From an uncultured Gemmatimonadales bacterium (GTDB lineage Bacteria; Gemmatimonadota; Gemmatimonadetes; Palauibacterales; Palauibacteraceae): 64,000 nucleotides of DNA. Shown here piece after piece: positions 1-9,763 of this stretch. Below the pieces are notes generated by a model that saw nothing but the letters and a program-made list of their open reading frames with translations, searched no databases and was not told the DNA's origin. The translations under genes and the position numbers were made by a program. Numbering within the stretch: position 1 is the stretch's first letter; the number at the start of each line of letters is the position of its first letter. Where the stretch lies: assembly GCA_963783385.1 (NCBI GenBank), contig CAWANJ010000009.1, positions 32,001-96,000 of the forward strand. The letters run 5' to 3'.

Positions 1-11
1 CGAGGTACCGC

Positions 12-1181
12 ATGCGCCGCCTGAGCTCCTCGAGCCTCAAGATGTACCGCCGCTGCCCCCAGCAGTGGAAACTCAAGTACATCGACCGCCTCCCCGAGGC
101 CCCCAAGCCCTTCTTCAACCTGGGGACCGCCGTCCACTCCGCCCTCGAGGCCTTCTACCGGGGGAGGGTGGCGGGCCCGCCTCCGCTGGACGAGGTGCTC
201 GCGGCCTTCCGCGAGGCGTTCGACCCCGACGCCTATCCCACCGAGGAGGAGACCGAGCGCCGCCGGGCGGATGGTCTCGCCATGACCCGGGCCTTCTACG
301 AAAAGCACGCCGCCGGCTTCCGCCCCGCGCTCGCCGTCGAGAAGCACCTGTTCTTCGAGGTCGAGGGCGTCGCCTTCACCGGGTACGTGGACCGGATCGA
401 CAAGCTCGGCGAGGCGCGGATCGGCATCGTCGACTACAAGACGGGCGGGAGCTTCGACCTGGACCGGGTCAAGACCGAGCCCCAGCTCACCCTCTACCAG
501 CTCGGGACCGAGCAGAAGCTCGGGATGGAGGTCGGCCGCCTGGCGCTCTACCACGTCCCCTCGCAGACGGCCTTCCAGGTGGAACGGCACGGCGAGGAGC
601 AGGTGGAGCGGGTGCGGGGCATGGTGCGGGAGGCGGCCCGCGGGATCGAGGCCGGGGCCTTCGAGCCCAGGCCGGGCCACCACTGCCGCTGGTGCGACTT
701 CCAGCCCTTCTGTCCGGCCTTCGCCGACGAGTACCCGGAGAACTGGCTGCAGGAGCCCACGCCCCCGGCCCCCACGCACGCCGAGGCGGGGGCGCTGGCG
801 GACCGGTACGGGAAGCTGAAGGCGCGCGAGAAGGAGCTCTCGCGGGAGCTGGCCGAAGTGCGGGAGCGGCTGGAAGCGTTCTTCGAGGCCACGGGCGAGC
901 GGGCGGCCTCGGGGTCGGGCTTACCGGGTGAAGGCGAGCCGCAAGGAGGAGTGGCGGATCGGGGACGACGAGGGGCTCCGGGAGCTGCTGGAGCCGCTGG
1001 GGCTGTGGGAGCGGGTGCTCACCACCCGGGTGGACTGGCGGCGGAAGGCGGCGCTGGCGGAGGACGCCGACCTGCCGGAGGAGGTCAGGGAGGCGTGCCG
1101 GGAGCTGGCGAGCCGGAAGGTGACGTGGCGGCTGACGCCGGGGGAGGTGGAAGGGGAAGGGAGGGCGACCCCGAGGAGTGA
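12..1181 (+). CDS. PD-(D/E)XK nuclease family protein (RecB/Cas4/AddB-like, four Cys) with C-terminal coiled-coil extension; apparent frameshifts near 921 and 1160
   Basis: LSSSSLKMYRRCP, GTAVHSALE, GYVDRID..IVDYKTG, QLTLY and CRWCDFQPFC motifs. Coding continues in the 928 frame (KASRKEEWRI...); removing one T at ~921 restores G-Y-R-V-K. Confidence 0.85.
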   Translation: MRRLSSSSLKMYRRCPQQWKLKYIDRLPEAPKPFFNLGTAVHSALEAFYRGRVAGPPPLDEVLAAFREAFDPDAYPTEEETERRRADGLAMTRAFYEKHAAGFRPALAVEKHLFFEVEGVAFTGYVDRIDKLGEARIGIVDYKTGGSFDLDRVKTEPQLTLYQLGTEQKLGMEVGRLALYHVPSQTAFQVERHGEEQVERVRGMVREAARGIEAGAFEPRPGHHCRWCDFQPFCPAFADEYPENWLQEPTPPAPTHAEAGALADRYGKLKAREKELSRELAEVRERLEAFFEATGERAASGSGLPGEGEPQGGVADRGRRGAPGAAGAAGAVGAGAHHPGGLAAEGGAGGGRRPAGGGQGGVPGAGEPEGDVAADAGGGGRGREGDPEE

Positions 1182-1994
1182 AGCCGCCCCTGGCCTTCCG
1201 GGTTCAAGGACTTGCGATTCGCGCGGTGCCGCCTCGCTCTTCGGACGGTCGACGAGCTGGTGTCTCGAAGAGCCGACATGGCCGCCCAGACCGCGACGAG
1301 CAGCCGGAGCGCGCCGTGCGGCCCGATAGCCAGCGTCGCGACCGCGAGGACCAGGAGTCCGACGAGGATGAGCCAGCCGGCTGCGTGGTCAGGCGGGACG
1401 CGGTCGGCTCCGGAGCGGAGTCCGAGCCCGGGCGCGGGCGGGGAATCCCCATGGCGATGTCCGCTGGCGGCGGGTCGTACCGGCGGGATCCCTCGTCCGT
1501 CGCGATGATGCGGCTGCGTATCGAATTCTTCCTCGTCTTCGAGGAGGTCCACGATCGTGCCGTCCTGGAGGTTCTGGGCGAGCCCCGGCGACGCCAGATT
1601 GGTCGGCGTCCGGGTGATCGCGGCGTCCGGAAACTGCTCCAGCACCTGCCGGCGAAGGGACTCCAGGTCCTCCTCGGCGCAGGTCCAGTGGCCTTCCGTG
1701 CCCTCACAGGACGGGCACATGTGCCAGTGGTTGACGTCGTCCGGTGATGATCCCGCTGCCGTAACAGTCCGGGCACCAGGTCCGGTTCGGTCCAAGGAGC
1801 TGGTCGGCGAGGGCGCGGTGCGGGCCCATGGGCTTCAGCCCGTAGGCATACTGGTAGGCAGCCATGCTCTCGTGGCTGCTCCGGAACCAGCCGGCGAACT
1901 CGTGGAGGGTCCCGCACGTCTGGCACTCGGGCCAGCTTACCAGCTCGGCATGACCCGCGTGGTCGCAACGCGGGGTGAACATTCGGTGCGGCAT
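1085..1994 (-). CDS. Hypothetical Cys-rich (zinc-finger-like) protein with C-terminal transmembrane hairpin; frameshift near 1742; 3' end uncertain
   Basis: ATG at 1994 after GAGGAG. CQTCG and CPDCYGSG in ORF 1704..2042 continue into CPSCEGTEG and hydrophobic GWLILVGLLVLAVATLAIG in ORF 1085..1795. Confidence 0.5.
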
Positions 1995-2090
1995 CGGTGG
2001 CTCCTCTCTTCGACAGCCCGTGAGGAGCGGCAGGAAGCACAAAGAGCCCGCCCGCAGCGTGCGGACAGGCTCTCCTGCCGCGCTTTAGAA

Positions 2091-2118
2091 GGAGGTCTCG
2101 AGGGCCGGCGCGCCTTCA
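2091..2118. repeat. 28-bp intergenic repeat, copy 1 (GGAGGTCTCGAGGGCCGGCGCGCCTTCA)
   Basis: 27/28 identical to 17561..17588. Confidence 0.85.
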
Positions 2119-2222
2119 AGCTGCGGATGTCAAATCCGCGCCGACCGGCCGCTAGGGGCGGCCAGACAGGATCAGTCTACCCAGTGAGATTTGAGCTCGC
2201 AAGCCTGGCGCGCCCCTCAGGC

Positions 2223-2251
2223 TTGATGTGCGTAACGTAACGCGCTACACT
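2223..2251 (+). promoter_or_regulatory. Sigma70-type promoter of higBA with probable operator in the spacer
   Basis: TTGATG (2223-2228), 17 bp spacer, TACACT (2246-2251). The spacer holds the imperfect palindrome GTAACG..CGCTAC. The TTG start lies 5 nt after the -10 box. Confidence 0.7.
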
Positions 2252-2256
2252 TACCC

Positions 2257-2562
2257 TTGATCAGGACGTTCCGCGATCGCGCGACGAAGGCGATCTTTCA
2301 GGGCGGGTCGCTGAGCCCAAAGGAGGGCAAGCGAGCACGAAAGCGCCTGCCCACGCCGCTCTGGAAGCGAGCGCAGGCGAAGCTCGACCAGCTCGACGCA
2401 GCCGAGGAGCCGGGCCACCTCGCGACCCCCTCCAACCGCCTCGAAGCGCTCACGGGTGACCGGGAAGGGCAGTACTCGATCCGGATCGACCGGCAGTACC
2501 GGATCTGCTTCACCTGGCGCGATGGTGATGCCTGGGATGTCGAGATCGTGGACTACCACTGA
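2257..2562 (+). CDS. higB: Type II TA system HigB/RelE-family toxin (plasmid maintenance killer type)
   Basis: MIRTFRD..T..IF, PSNRLEALTGDREGQYSIRIDRQYRICFTW, ends EIVDYH. Confidence 0.95.
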   Translation: MIRTFRDRATKAIFQGGSLSPKEGKRARKRLPTPLWKRAQAKLDQLDAAEEPGHLATPSNRLEALTGDREGQYSIRIDRQYRICFTWRDGDAWDVEIVDYH

Positions 2563-2572
2563 GGAAGGGGAC

Positions 2573-2887
2573 ATGTCGTACGAGCGAGGCCAGCCGAAGC
2601 GGGCACCCACCCACCCGGGCTACGTGGTACGGACGGAGCTCGAGGAACTCGGCATGTCTATCACCGAGGCGGCCGGGCGCCTGGGCGTGGCCCGCCCGAC
2701 TCTGAGCCAGGTCGTCAACGAGAACCGGAGCGTGAGTCCCGAGATGGCTCTCAAGCTCGGCCGGCTGTTCGGGAACGGCACCGCCGTGTGGATGAACATG
2801 CAGACGGCCTACGATCTGTGGGCCGTGGAGCACGATGCGGCGGCGTTGCGGGACGCACGCCGCGTGGAACCCGTGCACGCCGGCTGA
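2573..2887 (+). CDS. higA: HigA/VapI-family antitoxin (XRE HTH)
   Basis: PTHPG..L, AAGRLGVARPTLSQVVNENRSVSPEMALKLGRLFG, WMNMQTAYDLW; directly follows the toxin. Confidence 0.95.
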   Translation: MSYERGQPKRAPTHPGYVVRTELEELGMSITEAAGRLGVARPTLSQVVNENRSVSPEMALKLGRLFGNGTAVWMNMQTAYDLWAVEHDAAALRDARRVEPVHAG

Positions 2888-2924
2888 GGTTTGGGCTCGG
2901 CGGCGGCTCCAGTGCCGCGCCCCG

Positions 2925-4004
2925 TCAGGCCGCCAGCACCCTCTCCCAATCCCGACCCAGCGGCACCAGCACGTCCTTCCGCACCCACACCTGTCCACCC
3001 GACGTCGCCACCTGCTCGTAGGCCCACCGGGTGATGCGAAGCGATGCGTCCCGGTCGTGGACGAGGCCCGCCTCATCGAAACGGCGCGGGAGGTCGTAGG
3101 CCGACTCCTCGTTCCTCGCCCTCCAGCGGCGGAGGTGGGGCACGGCGGCGAGGCGGTCGCCCTTGTGGCCGTTACAGCCCCGGTGGGCCAGGACGAAGTT
3201 GTGGGCCAGGTCGAAGGGGTAGCGCCGCCACGGCACGAAGTGGTCGACGGCGCTCGCGTCCCCGCGGAGACGTCCCTCGCAGTAGAAGCAGCGGTCACGC
3301 TGGACGTCCTCCAGGATGGTCCGGTAGGCGGAGAGGTCCCTGCGGTCGGTGCCGAACAGGAACTCGCGGAGCTCGGACGTGGGGCCCAGGAGCGCGTCGT
3401 TGGTGCGGCGGACGTGCGCGGTCCACGCGCCCTGCACCATGTCGGTGATGAGGGAATAGAACTCCCGGAAGCAGTAGGCGACGCCGGGGCGGAGCGTGAT
3501 GTCGCGCGGGTTCTCGGCCGCGCGGTCCTCGTAGAGGAAGTCGAGCCTGCGGCTCCCCACGGTCTGGAGCTTCCACAGGGGCATGCGCCGGACGGTGCTC
3601 TCCACGTTCCGCAGGAGCCCCGGCCAGGCGTCCGAGCCTTCCACGCGCCCCAGCCTGGGGTCGTACTCGGCCCGCGCCTCCCGGACCGCGTTCACGACGG
3701 CGGCCTGGCGGCCGGTGTTCTGCTTCAGCGGGCGGTTCGTGCCGGCGGCGGGGAAGGGCGCGGCCTGCCTCCAGTAGAGGCGCACGAACTGGTCGGCCAG
3801 CTCGCGGGTGGTGAGGGTCAGCGCCTCGCCCGACCCGTCCCCCCTGGTCACGCACAGGTCCGCGATGGCGTGGAGGAGCGCGTACTTGTAGGTGGCGGTG
3901 AACGTCCCCTCGTCCAGGAGGCGGCGGAGGTTGCGGAGGAAGGCGAGCTGCTCCTCGGCGGTCGGAGCTCGCGTTTCTCGACCGAAACCGGGATCACGAT
4001 TCAT
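2925..4004 (-). CDS. HNH endonuclease with N-terminal helical (TYKYALL) domain
   Basis: ATYKYALLHAIADL at the N-terminus; CFYC..VDHFVPW..NFVLAHRGCNGHKGD HNH motif. Confidence 0.9.
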   Translation of the reverse strand: MNRDPGFGRETRAPTAEEQLAFLRNLRRLLDEGTFTATYKYALLHAIADLCVTRGDGSGEALTLTTRELADQFVRLYWRQAAPFPAAGTNRPLKQNTGRQAAVVNAVREARAEYDPRLGRVEGSDAWPGLLRNVESTVRRMPLWKLQTVGSRRLDFLYEDRAAENPRDITLRPGVAYCFREFYSLITDMVQGAWTAHVRRTNDALLGPTSELREFLFGTDRRDLSAYRTILEDVQRDRCFYCEGRLRGDASAVDHFVPWRRYPFDLAHNFVLAHRGCNGHKGDRLAAVPHLRRWRARNEESAYDLPRRFDEAGLVHDRDASLRITRWAYEQVATSGGQVWVRKDVLVPLGRDWERVLAA

Positions 4005-4083
4005 GACCGCTGACCACCGAAGGGTCCAAACAGCGCAGCGGATCGCCCTGAAGGGCCGTGCGCTGCGCCGACTCTACGATTCC

Positions 4084-6073
4084 TCAGCCGCCCGTCTTCT
4101 TCACCAGGGGCAGGTCGAGGTAGGTGTCGTTCGACGGCGTGTGGTAGATGCGCATCGTGGCCTTCCGGTAGTCGCCGGGCCTGGCCCAGAAGATGTTGTT
4201 CACGAACGTCTGGGGGTTCCGGTCGTACAGCGGGAACCAGCTCGACTGGATCTGCACCATGATCCGGTGCCCGGGCCGGAACACGTGGTTGGCCGTGGGC
4301 AGGTGGAAGGTGTAGACCAGCGGCTGGTTCGGGGTGATGGGCTCGGGCTTCGAGTAGCTCTCCCGGTAACGCCCGCGGAAGATGTCCATGGACACGGCCA
4401 GCTGGTAGCCGCCCATGTCGGGCTGCTCGGCGTCCTCGGGCGGATACACGTCGATGAGCTTCACCACCCAGTCCGCGTCGGTGCCGGTGGTCGAGGCCAC
4501 CAGGTGGACGAGCGGCCGGCCGCTGATCTGCACCGAGTCGGTGAGGGGCTGCGGACTCGTACGCCAGGACGTCCGTGCGGCCCGAGAATTCCCGCTGATC
4601 GTCGACCAGCCACTGCGACCAGGTGGAGCGGTCGCGTTGCCCTGGGAGTAGATCGGCCGATGCCGGAAGGGGACGGGCTTGGCGGGGTCGGAGATGTACC
4701 AGTCGAAGGCCGAGTCCCCGACGGCCGGCTTCCGAAAGCCCACCTTCAGGCCGCCCTCCAGGTAGAGGGGCGTGGGGGTCACCGTGCAGCCGGACGCGCA
4801 GCCCGGAGGGCCACGACTGCAGCCGCTCCCAGCGGTCGGCTCCCGTGAGGTAGGCCGTGACCGGCGCGACGCTGTCGGGGGGCGAGCCGTCCTTCAGGTA
4901 GTGGGCCAGGAAGGGGGCCAGGATGTGGCGCTGAAAGTAGAGCGACGTGTTGGTCGGGAAGCGCAGGGCGCCCAGGGAGCTCCCGCCCTGGAGGTCCGCC
5001 TCCTGGCCGTGGTGCCAGGGGCCGATGACCAGATACACGCTGTCGTTGCGGGAGTCCTTGGGCTCCAGGGCGCGGTAGACCGCCGTGGCGCCGTAGATGT
5101 CCTCCTGGTCCCACAGGCTCTGGACCAGCATGACCGGCACCTTGAGCGGCTGCCTGGCCAGGATCGAGTCCACGGCCTGGAGCTGCCACCAGCGGTCGTA
5201 GTCGGGATGCTGGACGATCTTGCGCCAGAAGCCCACCTGCTCGAGCCCGTGCTCCTTCCCGAGCTGGCCGGCCGAGACCCCGTTCATGTACAGGTCGTAG
5301 GCGTCCCGGGTGTTGGTCCACCAGTGGTACTCGCCGGTGCGCGAGGCCTCCTGCTCGAGGATGTAGGGCATGTTCATCCCCCTCTCGCGGAAGGCGCCGT
5401 GGTGGAACCAGTCGTCCCCCATCCAGCCGTCCACCATCGGGTTCATGGGGACCACGACCTTGAGGGCGGGGTGCGGGTTCACGAGCGGCGTGAGGCTCAG
5501 GAACCCGTCGTAGGAGATCCCCAGGATCCCGACCTTCCCGTTCGACTCGGGCACGTGCTTCACCAGCCAGTCGATCGTGTCCCACGTGTCGGTGGACTCG
5601 TCGACCTTCGTGGGATTGAGCGGTCCGACGAAGGGGCGGTTCATCACGTACTCGCCCTCGGACCCGTACTTGCCGCGAATGTCCTGGATCACGCGGATGT
5701 AGCCGCCCCCCAGGACGGCCTCGAGCGCGGGGTCGTGGTTCCCCAGCCGCGGCCCCATCTGCAATGTGTAGGCGCGCGAGGCCCGGGCGTCCGCGTTGTA
5801 CGGGGTGCGCGTCATGAGCATCGGCGCGTCCTTGGCGCCCCTGGGGATGAGGATCACCGTGTGGAGCTTCACCCCGTCCCGCATGGGGATCATGACGTCC
5901 CGCCGCATGAAGTCGAAGCTGGAGTCCACCGGCGTGAAGTGCGCCGGCGTCTCGTTCGGCAGGGAGTCGACCGGGATCTTCTGCTGGGCCGCGACGGACT
6001 GGAGCGCGGTCCACGGGAGGATGAGAGCGGCCACGAGAAGGATGAAGCTGCGAGGTCGGGCCAGGCTGCTCAT
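4084..6073 (-). CDS. CocE/NonD family hydrolase (alpha-amino acid ester hydrolase/glutaryl-7-ACA acylase-like), secreted; frameshifts at ~4550-4800
   Basis: Signal peptide, IPMRDGVKLHT, RTPY, QDIRGKYGSEG, GISYDG nucleophile. C-terminal QSSWFPLYDRNPQ lies in ORF 4084..4782. Confidence 0.9.
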
Positions 6074-6194
6074 GCGCGTGCTCTCCGGCGCCAGGGGTAC
6101 GGGCCGCCGTGGAGGGACGACGCGGATCCCCGGGCGGTCGCCGACGGCCGCACAGGATAGGGCCGGATGCCGACCCCGGGCCAGACGCGCCGCG

Positions 6195-6581
6195 TCAGCC
6201 GCGCTCCCAGTACCTCGCCCTCCCCGGGATCACGTGGCGGATCCCGCCGGTCGGGTCCGGCACGTCGCCGCTCCAGCGGGGGATCACGTGGACGTGGGCG
6301 TGGTGGACGGTCTGGCCGGCGGCCTCGCCGTCGTTGACGCCGATCGTGAAGCCGTCGGGCTCGAGCTCGCCGGCGAGACCGTTCCGCACCTCGGCCACCA
6401 GCGCCCACACGTCCGCGCGCTCCTCGTCCGAGAGGTCGAACAGGCTCCCGGCGTGGCGGACGGGGACGACCAGGGTGTGGCCCTCGGAGAGAGGGAAGGC
6501 GTCGCGGAGGGCGAGCGCGTGCTCGGTGGCGCGGAGGACGCGGCCGGGCTCCGGGGCGCAGAACGGGCAGTCGCTGGGCAT
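6195..6581 (-). CDS. HIT family protein
   Basis: CPFC, DAFPLSEGHTLVVP.RH, GVNDGEAAGQTVHHAHVHVIPR. Confidence 0.95.
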   Translation of the reverse strand: MPSDCPFCAPEPGRVLRATEHALALRDAFPLSEGHTLVVPVRHAGSLFDLSDEERADVWALVAEVRNGLAGELEPDGFTIGVNDGEAAGQTVHHAHVHVIPRWSGDVPDPTGGIRHVIPGRARYWERG

Positions 6582-6665
6582 GACGAAAGGTCGCCCGGGG
6601 AGCGGGGCGGGAGCAAGGGGGCGGGGGCGCGCCCCCCGGCCGCGGTCACCCCGGGGGCGCCCGGC

Positions 6666-9554
6666 CTATCCTCCCGATCCGACGGTGCACGAGTAGGTGG
6701 TCTGGCCTCCGGTGGATTCCGGGAATCCGTCCGAGACGATCCGGAAGCTCGCGGTGAGACTCGCGGAACGCGGGTTCCCGGGATCGGCCACCGACGAGAT
6801 CATCACGGTCCCGCTGATAGTCCCCGCCACGGTCTGCCCGTCGTTGTCGGAGAGGACCAGCGGCAGGTAATCGACGCTGGTGTAATTCAGATCCTGGGCC
6901 GACAGCCCGAGGTTGCCGATCACGGTGCCCTGCAGGCTGCCTGTGGTGCCGATCGGAATCCCCGGCTCACCCGCCACGGGCGGGACCGCACTGATGCCGA
7001 GCGTCTGGCCCGACTGGGTGTCGTTGAGCGTGATCGACCCCAGGTAGCCCCCGCCGTTCACCACGAACTGGCCCGTGTCGCTGGAGTCGCTGCTGATCAA
7101 CGGGGAGCCCTCCAGCTGCACGGACCAGCCGCAGTCGCATCCGCCAATGTTGACGGTCACCTGGTCCTTGATCTCGGAGTTCTGCACGCTCTGTGCGGTG
7201 ATGATCGCGGTGCCGCCCGCGGGGGCGCTCGCGGGAGCCACGTAGAGTCCCGTCTGCGGGTCGATGCTCCCCGCGCTCGCGCTCCATGTGACCGTCGGGT
7301 CCGTGAGTCCCTTGACGTCGGCGCTGAACTGCAGGGTATCCCCCGGATCCAGGCAGGCGGTGCTCGGCGAGATCCTGATCTGCCCGAAGTGGATCGTCGC
7401 GGTGGCGACGCGCGGCTCCGTGGCGTTCGTGCGCGCCCCGGTGTTCGCCGTGTCCCGCACGGTGAGGAGATCGGGCTTGGAGGGGTCGGGATTCGTCGGC
7501 GCCGTATAGGTGACGGTGAAGACGTTCTCCGAGGTGGAGATGGGCTGTCCCGCGGTTCCCTGGAGCCCCGCCGTGTCCGTCCTGATTTGCTCCGGGTAGA
7601 AGGCGTCCGTGACCTCCACCTGGAAATCCTGCTGCGTACCGGGAGCGAGGAAGACCTCCGTGGGCGACATCGTCACCTGGAGCCGCTTGACGGTCAGCTC
7701 GGACTGCCAGGTGGCCTGCTGGCCGCCGAATCTGTCGGAGTTGGTCCTCACCACCAGCGTGGCCGTCCCCACCTTCTCGGGATCGTAGTGGATGCTGTCT
7801 CTCAGGGTGAAGGCGTCCCCGACGATCTTCGCCGTGGACCACTTCTGTGGCATCACCAGCACAGGCCCGAACAGCTCCGGCTTGAGGTCCAGGGCATCGA
7901 CTCCCGCGTTCTTGAGGATCCCGTCGGCCACCGGACCGGTCAGCACATACGAGAGCGCCGAGTTCACGTCCGCCCCGGCCACCTGCTCCGCGTCCATGAA
8001 CCCGTCCAGCGTGCTGGCGACCCCTGACGATTGCAGGAGCCCGTTCAGCAGCTCTTTGCCCAGGTCGTAGCCCACGTTCGAGGCCGTCGCGTTGAACAAG
8101 TCCAGGCGATCGGGACCGGGCTCGTCCTCCTTGAACGTGGGCCTACCGACTTCCCCGCTGGTCTGCACGAAGCTCGACGGAAGCAGGGCGGCCGTCCGGC
8201 TGTTCGAGGTCTGGAGGAGCCACACGACGAACCCCGCCACCCCCGCCGGAGTGCCGAGCCCCGGGACCAGGCCGACGGCTCCGAGCACCTGGCTCATGTC
8301 GCCGTAGAGCTTGCCGGTCGCTCCTTTGACCTGGAAGGCGGCGTCCGCCGCCTCCTGCATGCAGGCGTCGAGGAGTCCCGTGTCGGGTCCGGCAGGTCCG
8401 TTGTTGATCGCGTCCGGCGTGCACAGCCCGGCACCGGGCCCGAGACTCATCCGTGCCGCCGGCGCCCCGGCGCCGGACGCGGAGACCGAGGCTGCCAGGC
8501 TGCTCCGCAGCCCCGTGCGCGCCAGCAGCGGCTCGAGCAGGTCCAGCCGGGCCGCCTCGCTCGCCGGGGAGGTTCCGTCCGCGATCGCCACCAGCGAGCT
8601 GTCGTTGTCGGGATCGTTCAGAGCGCCCTGGGTCAGTGCGATGGGGATGAGCACCTGCGGCAGGTCCGCCGCGGGGGTGGCGAGCAGCTCCTCCCGGGAG
8701 GTGCCGAGGACCGCCTCCTGGGCGTCCAGGATCCCTTGCAGCTCGTCGGCGATCGCCTTCAGCTCGCCCGGGGCCGGATCCAGGGGATCGATCTGGAAGT
8801 CGAACGACGCGCAGGCGAAGGTCCCGTCGGTGATCGAGAGCTGCACCGGGCCGCCCTGGGGCGACGTGGAGGGATGGACGGGCACGATCAGCTCCGCGTT
8901 GCCCTGATCGTTCACGTCCACGCGCCCGAAGGAGGTCACGGTGTCGCCGTCGACCTCGGCGAGCGCCGCCAGGGGCGGCTGGAAGTCGGACGGCAGCTGC
9001 CCGAGCGCGACCCGGTCCAGGGGCTGGCCGTGGGAGGCGGCGGGCGAGAGGTCCGGGCATGCCACCGTCTGGTAGGGTCCGCTCGGGGCGCCCACCACGA
9101 CGGCGGAGAAGTGGTCGATCTGCGCTTCGACGGTGCCCGCCGCCTCGTCCACCGTGCTGGCCGGCGTCTCCAGCTGGGAGCCGAAGTGGAGCATGCGGAG
9201 CCGCGAGGCCTTCGCGTCCGGCGGCAGGTCGGCGGGATCGTAGGAGATCGTCACCGTGACGGGCTTCTGGAAGGTCAGGCCCTCGGGCCCCAGGCGGTAG
9301 GCCGTGCCGCCGACCAGCTGGAAGCCGTCCGGGGCCGTGAGGCTGTCGGCCGGGATGCGCTCGATCGTGATGTCTTCGCTCTTCGTCAGGGCTCCGGCAG
9401 GCACCTTCAGCTCGAGTCCCCTGACGGTCATCGACCCGCCGTCGGGCCCCAGCCCGTTGCTCGGTCCGGTCGGAGCCGGTCCGGTGGCGCTGTTACACCC
9501 CCAAACGAGGACGATTCCCACCAGGAGCACCGAAGCCAGACGCCGAAACGCCAT
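6666..9554 (-). CDS. Large surface lipoprotein with ZU5-like N-terminal domain and Ig-like repeats
   Basis: Lipobox VWGC; LKVPAGAL..ITI..YRLGPEGLTFQKPVTVTISY..IDHFS; later VTWSASAGSIDPQTGLYVAP Ig-like repeat. Confidence 0.75.
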   Translation of the reverse strand: MAFRRLASVLLVGIVLVWGCNSATGPAPTGPSNGLGPDGGSMTVRGLELKVPAGALTKSEDITIERIPADSLTAPDGFQLVGGTAYRLGPEGLTFQKPVTVTISYDPADLPPDAKASRLRMLHFGSQLETPASTVDEAAGTVEAQIDHFSAVVVGAPSGPYQTVACPDLSPAASHGQPLDRVALGQLPSDFQPPLAALAEVDGDTVTSFGRVDVNDQGNAELIVPVHPSTSPQGGPVQLSITDGTFACASFDFQIDPLDPAPGELKAIADELQGILDAQEAVLGTSREELLATPAADLPQVLIPIALTQGALNDPDNDSSLVAIADGTSPASEAARLDLLEPLLARTGLRSSLAASVSASGAGAPAARMSLGPGAGLCTPDAINNGPAGPDTGLLDACMQEAADAAFQVKGATGKLYGDMSQVLGAVGLVPGLGTPAGVAGFVVWLLQTSNSRTAALLPSSFVQTSGEVGRPTFKEDEPGPDRLDLFNATASNVGYDLGKELLNGLLQSSGVASTLDGFMDAEQVAGADVNSALSYVLTGPVADGILKNAGVDALDLKPELFGPVLVMPQKWSTAKIVGDAFTLRDSIHYDPEKVGTATLVVRTNSDRFGGQQATWQSELTVKRLQVTMSPTEVFLAPGTQQDFQVEVTDAFYPEQIRTDTAGLQGTAGQPISTSENVFTVTYTAPTNPDPSKPDLLTVRDTANTGARTNATEPRVATATIHFGQIRISPSTACLDPGDTLQFSADVKGLTDPTVTWSASAGSIDPQTGLYVAPASAPAGGTAIITAQSVQNSEIKDQVTVNIGGCDCGWSVQLEGSPLISSDSSDTGQFVVNGGGYLGSITLNDTQSGQTLGISAVPPVAGEPGIPIGTTGSLQGTVIGNLGLSAQDLNYTSVDYLPLVLSDNDGQTVAGTISGTVMISSVADPGNPRSASLTASFRIVSDGFPESTGGQTTYSCTVGSGG

Positions 9555-9763
9555 CTCTCCACCACCGGTTCCAGGAAACTGCAGACTGCCCGCGCCGGTG
9601 AGAGCGGGAAAAGAGGCCGGGACCCGCCACGGAGAGGTCTACCGTCTCGCGGCGGTCTTCCGGAACGAGACGCGCCGGTGGCGGCGGAGGGCGGGGCGGG
9701 GCACTTTTGGGAACGCCGAGCCCCCACCGGATCCCGTCGCGTCCGCCGCGAGGAGGCGCCGCC

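Noticed and set aside
12-1181. Cas4-like gene as evidence of a CRISPR-Cas system
   Set aside because: No cas1/cas2 or other cas genes and no regularly spaced repeat-spacer array in the window.
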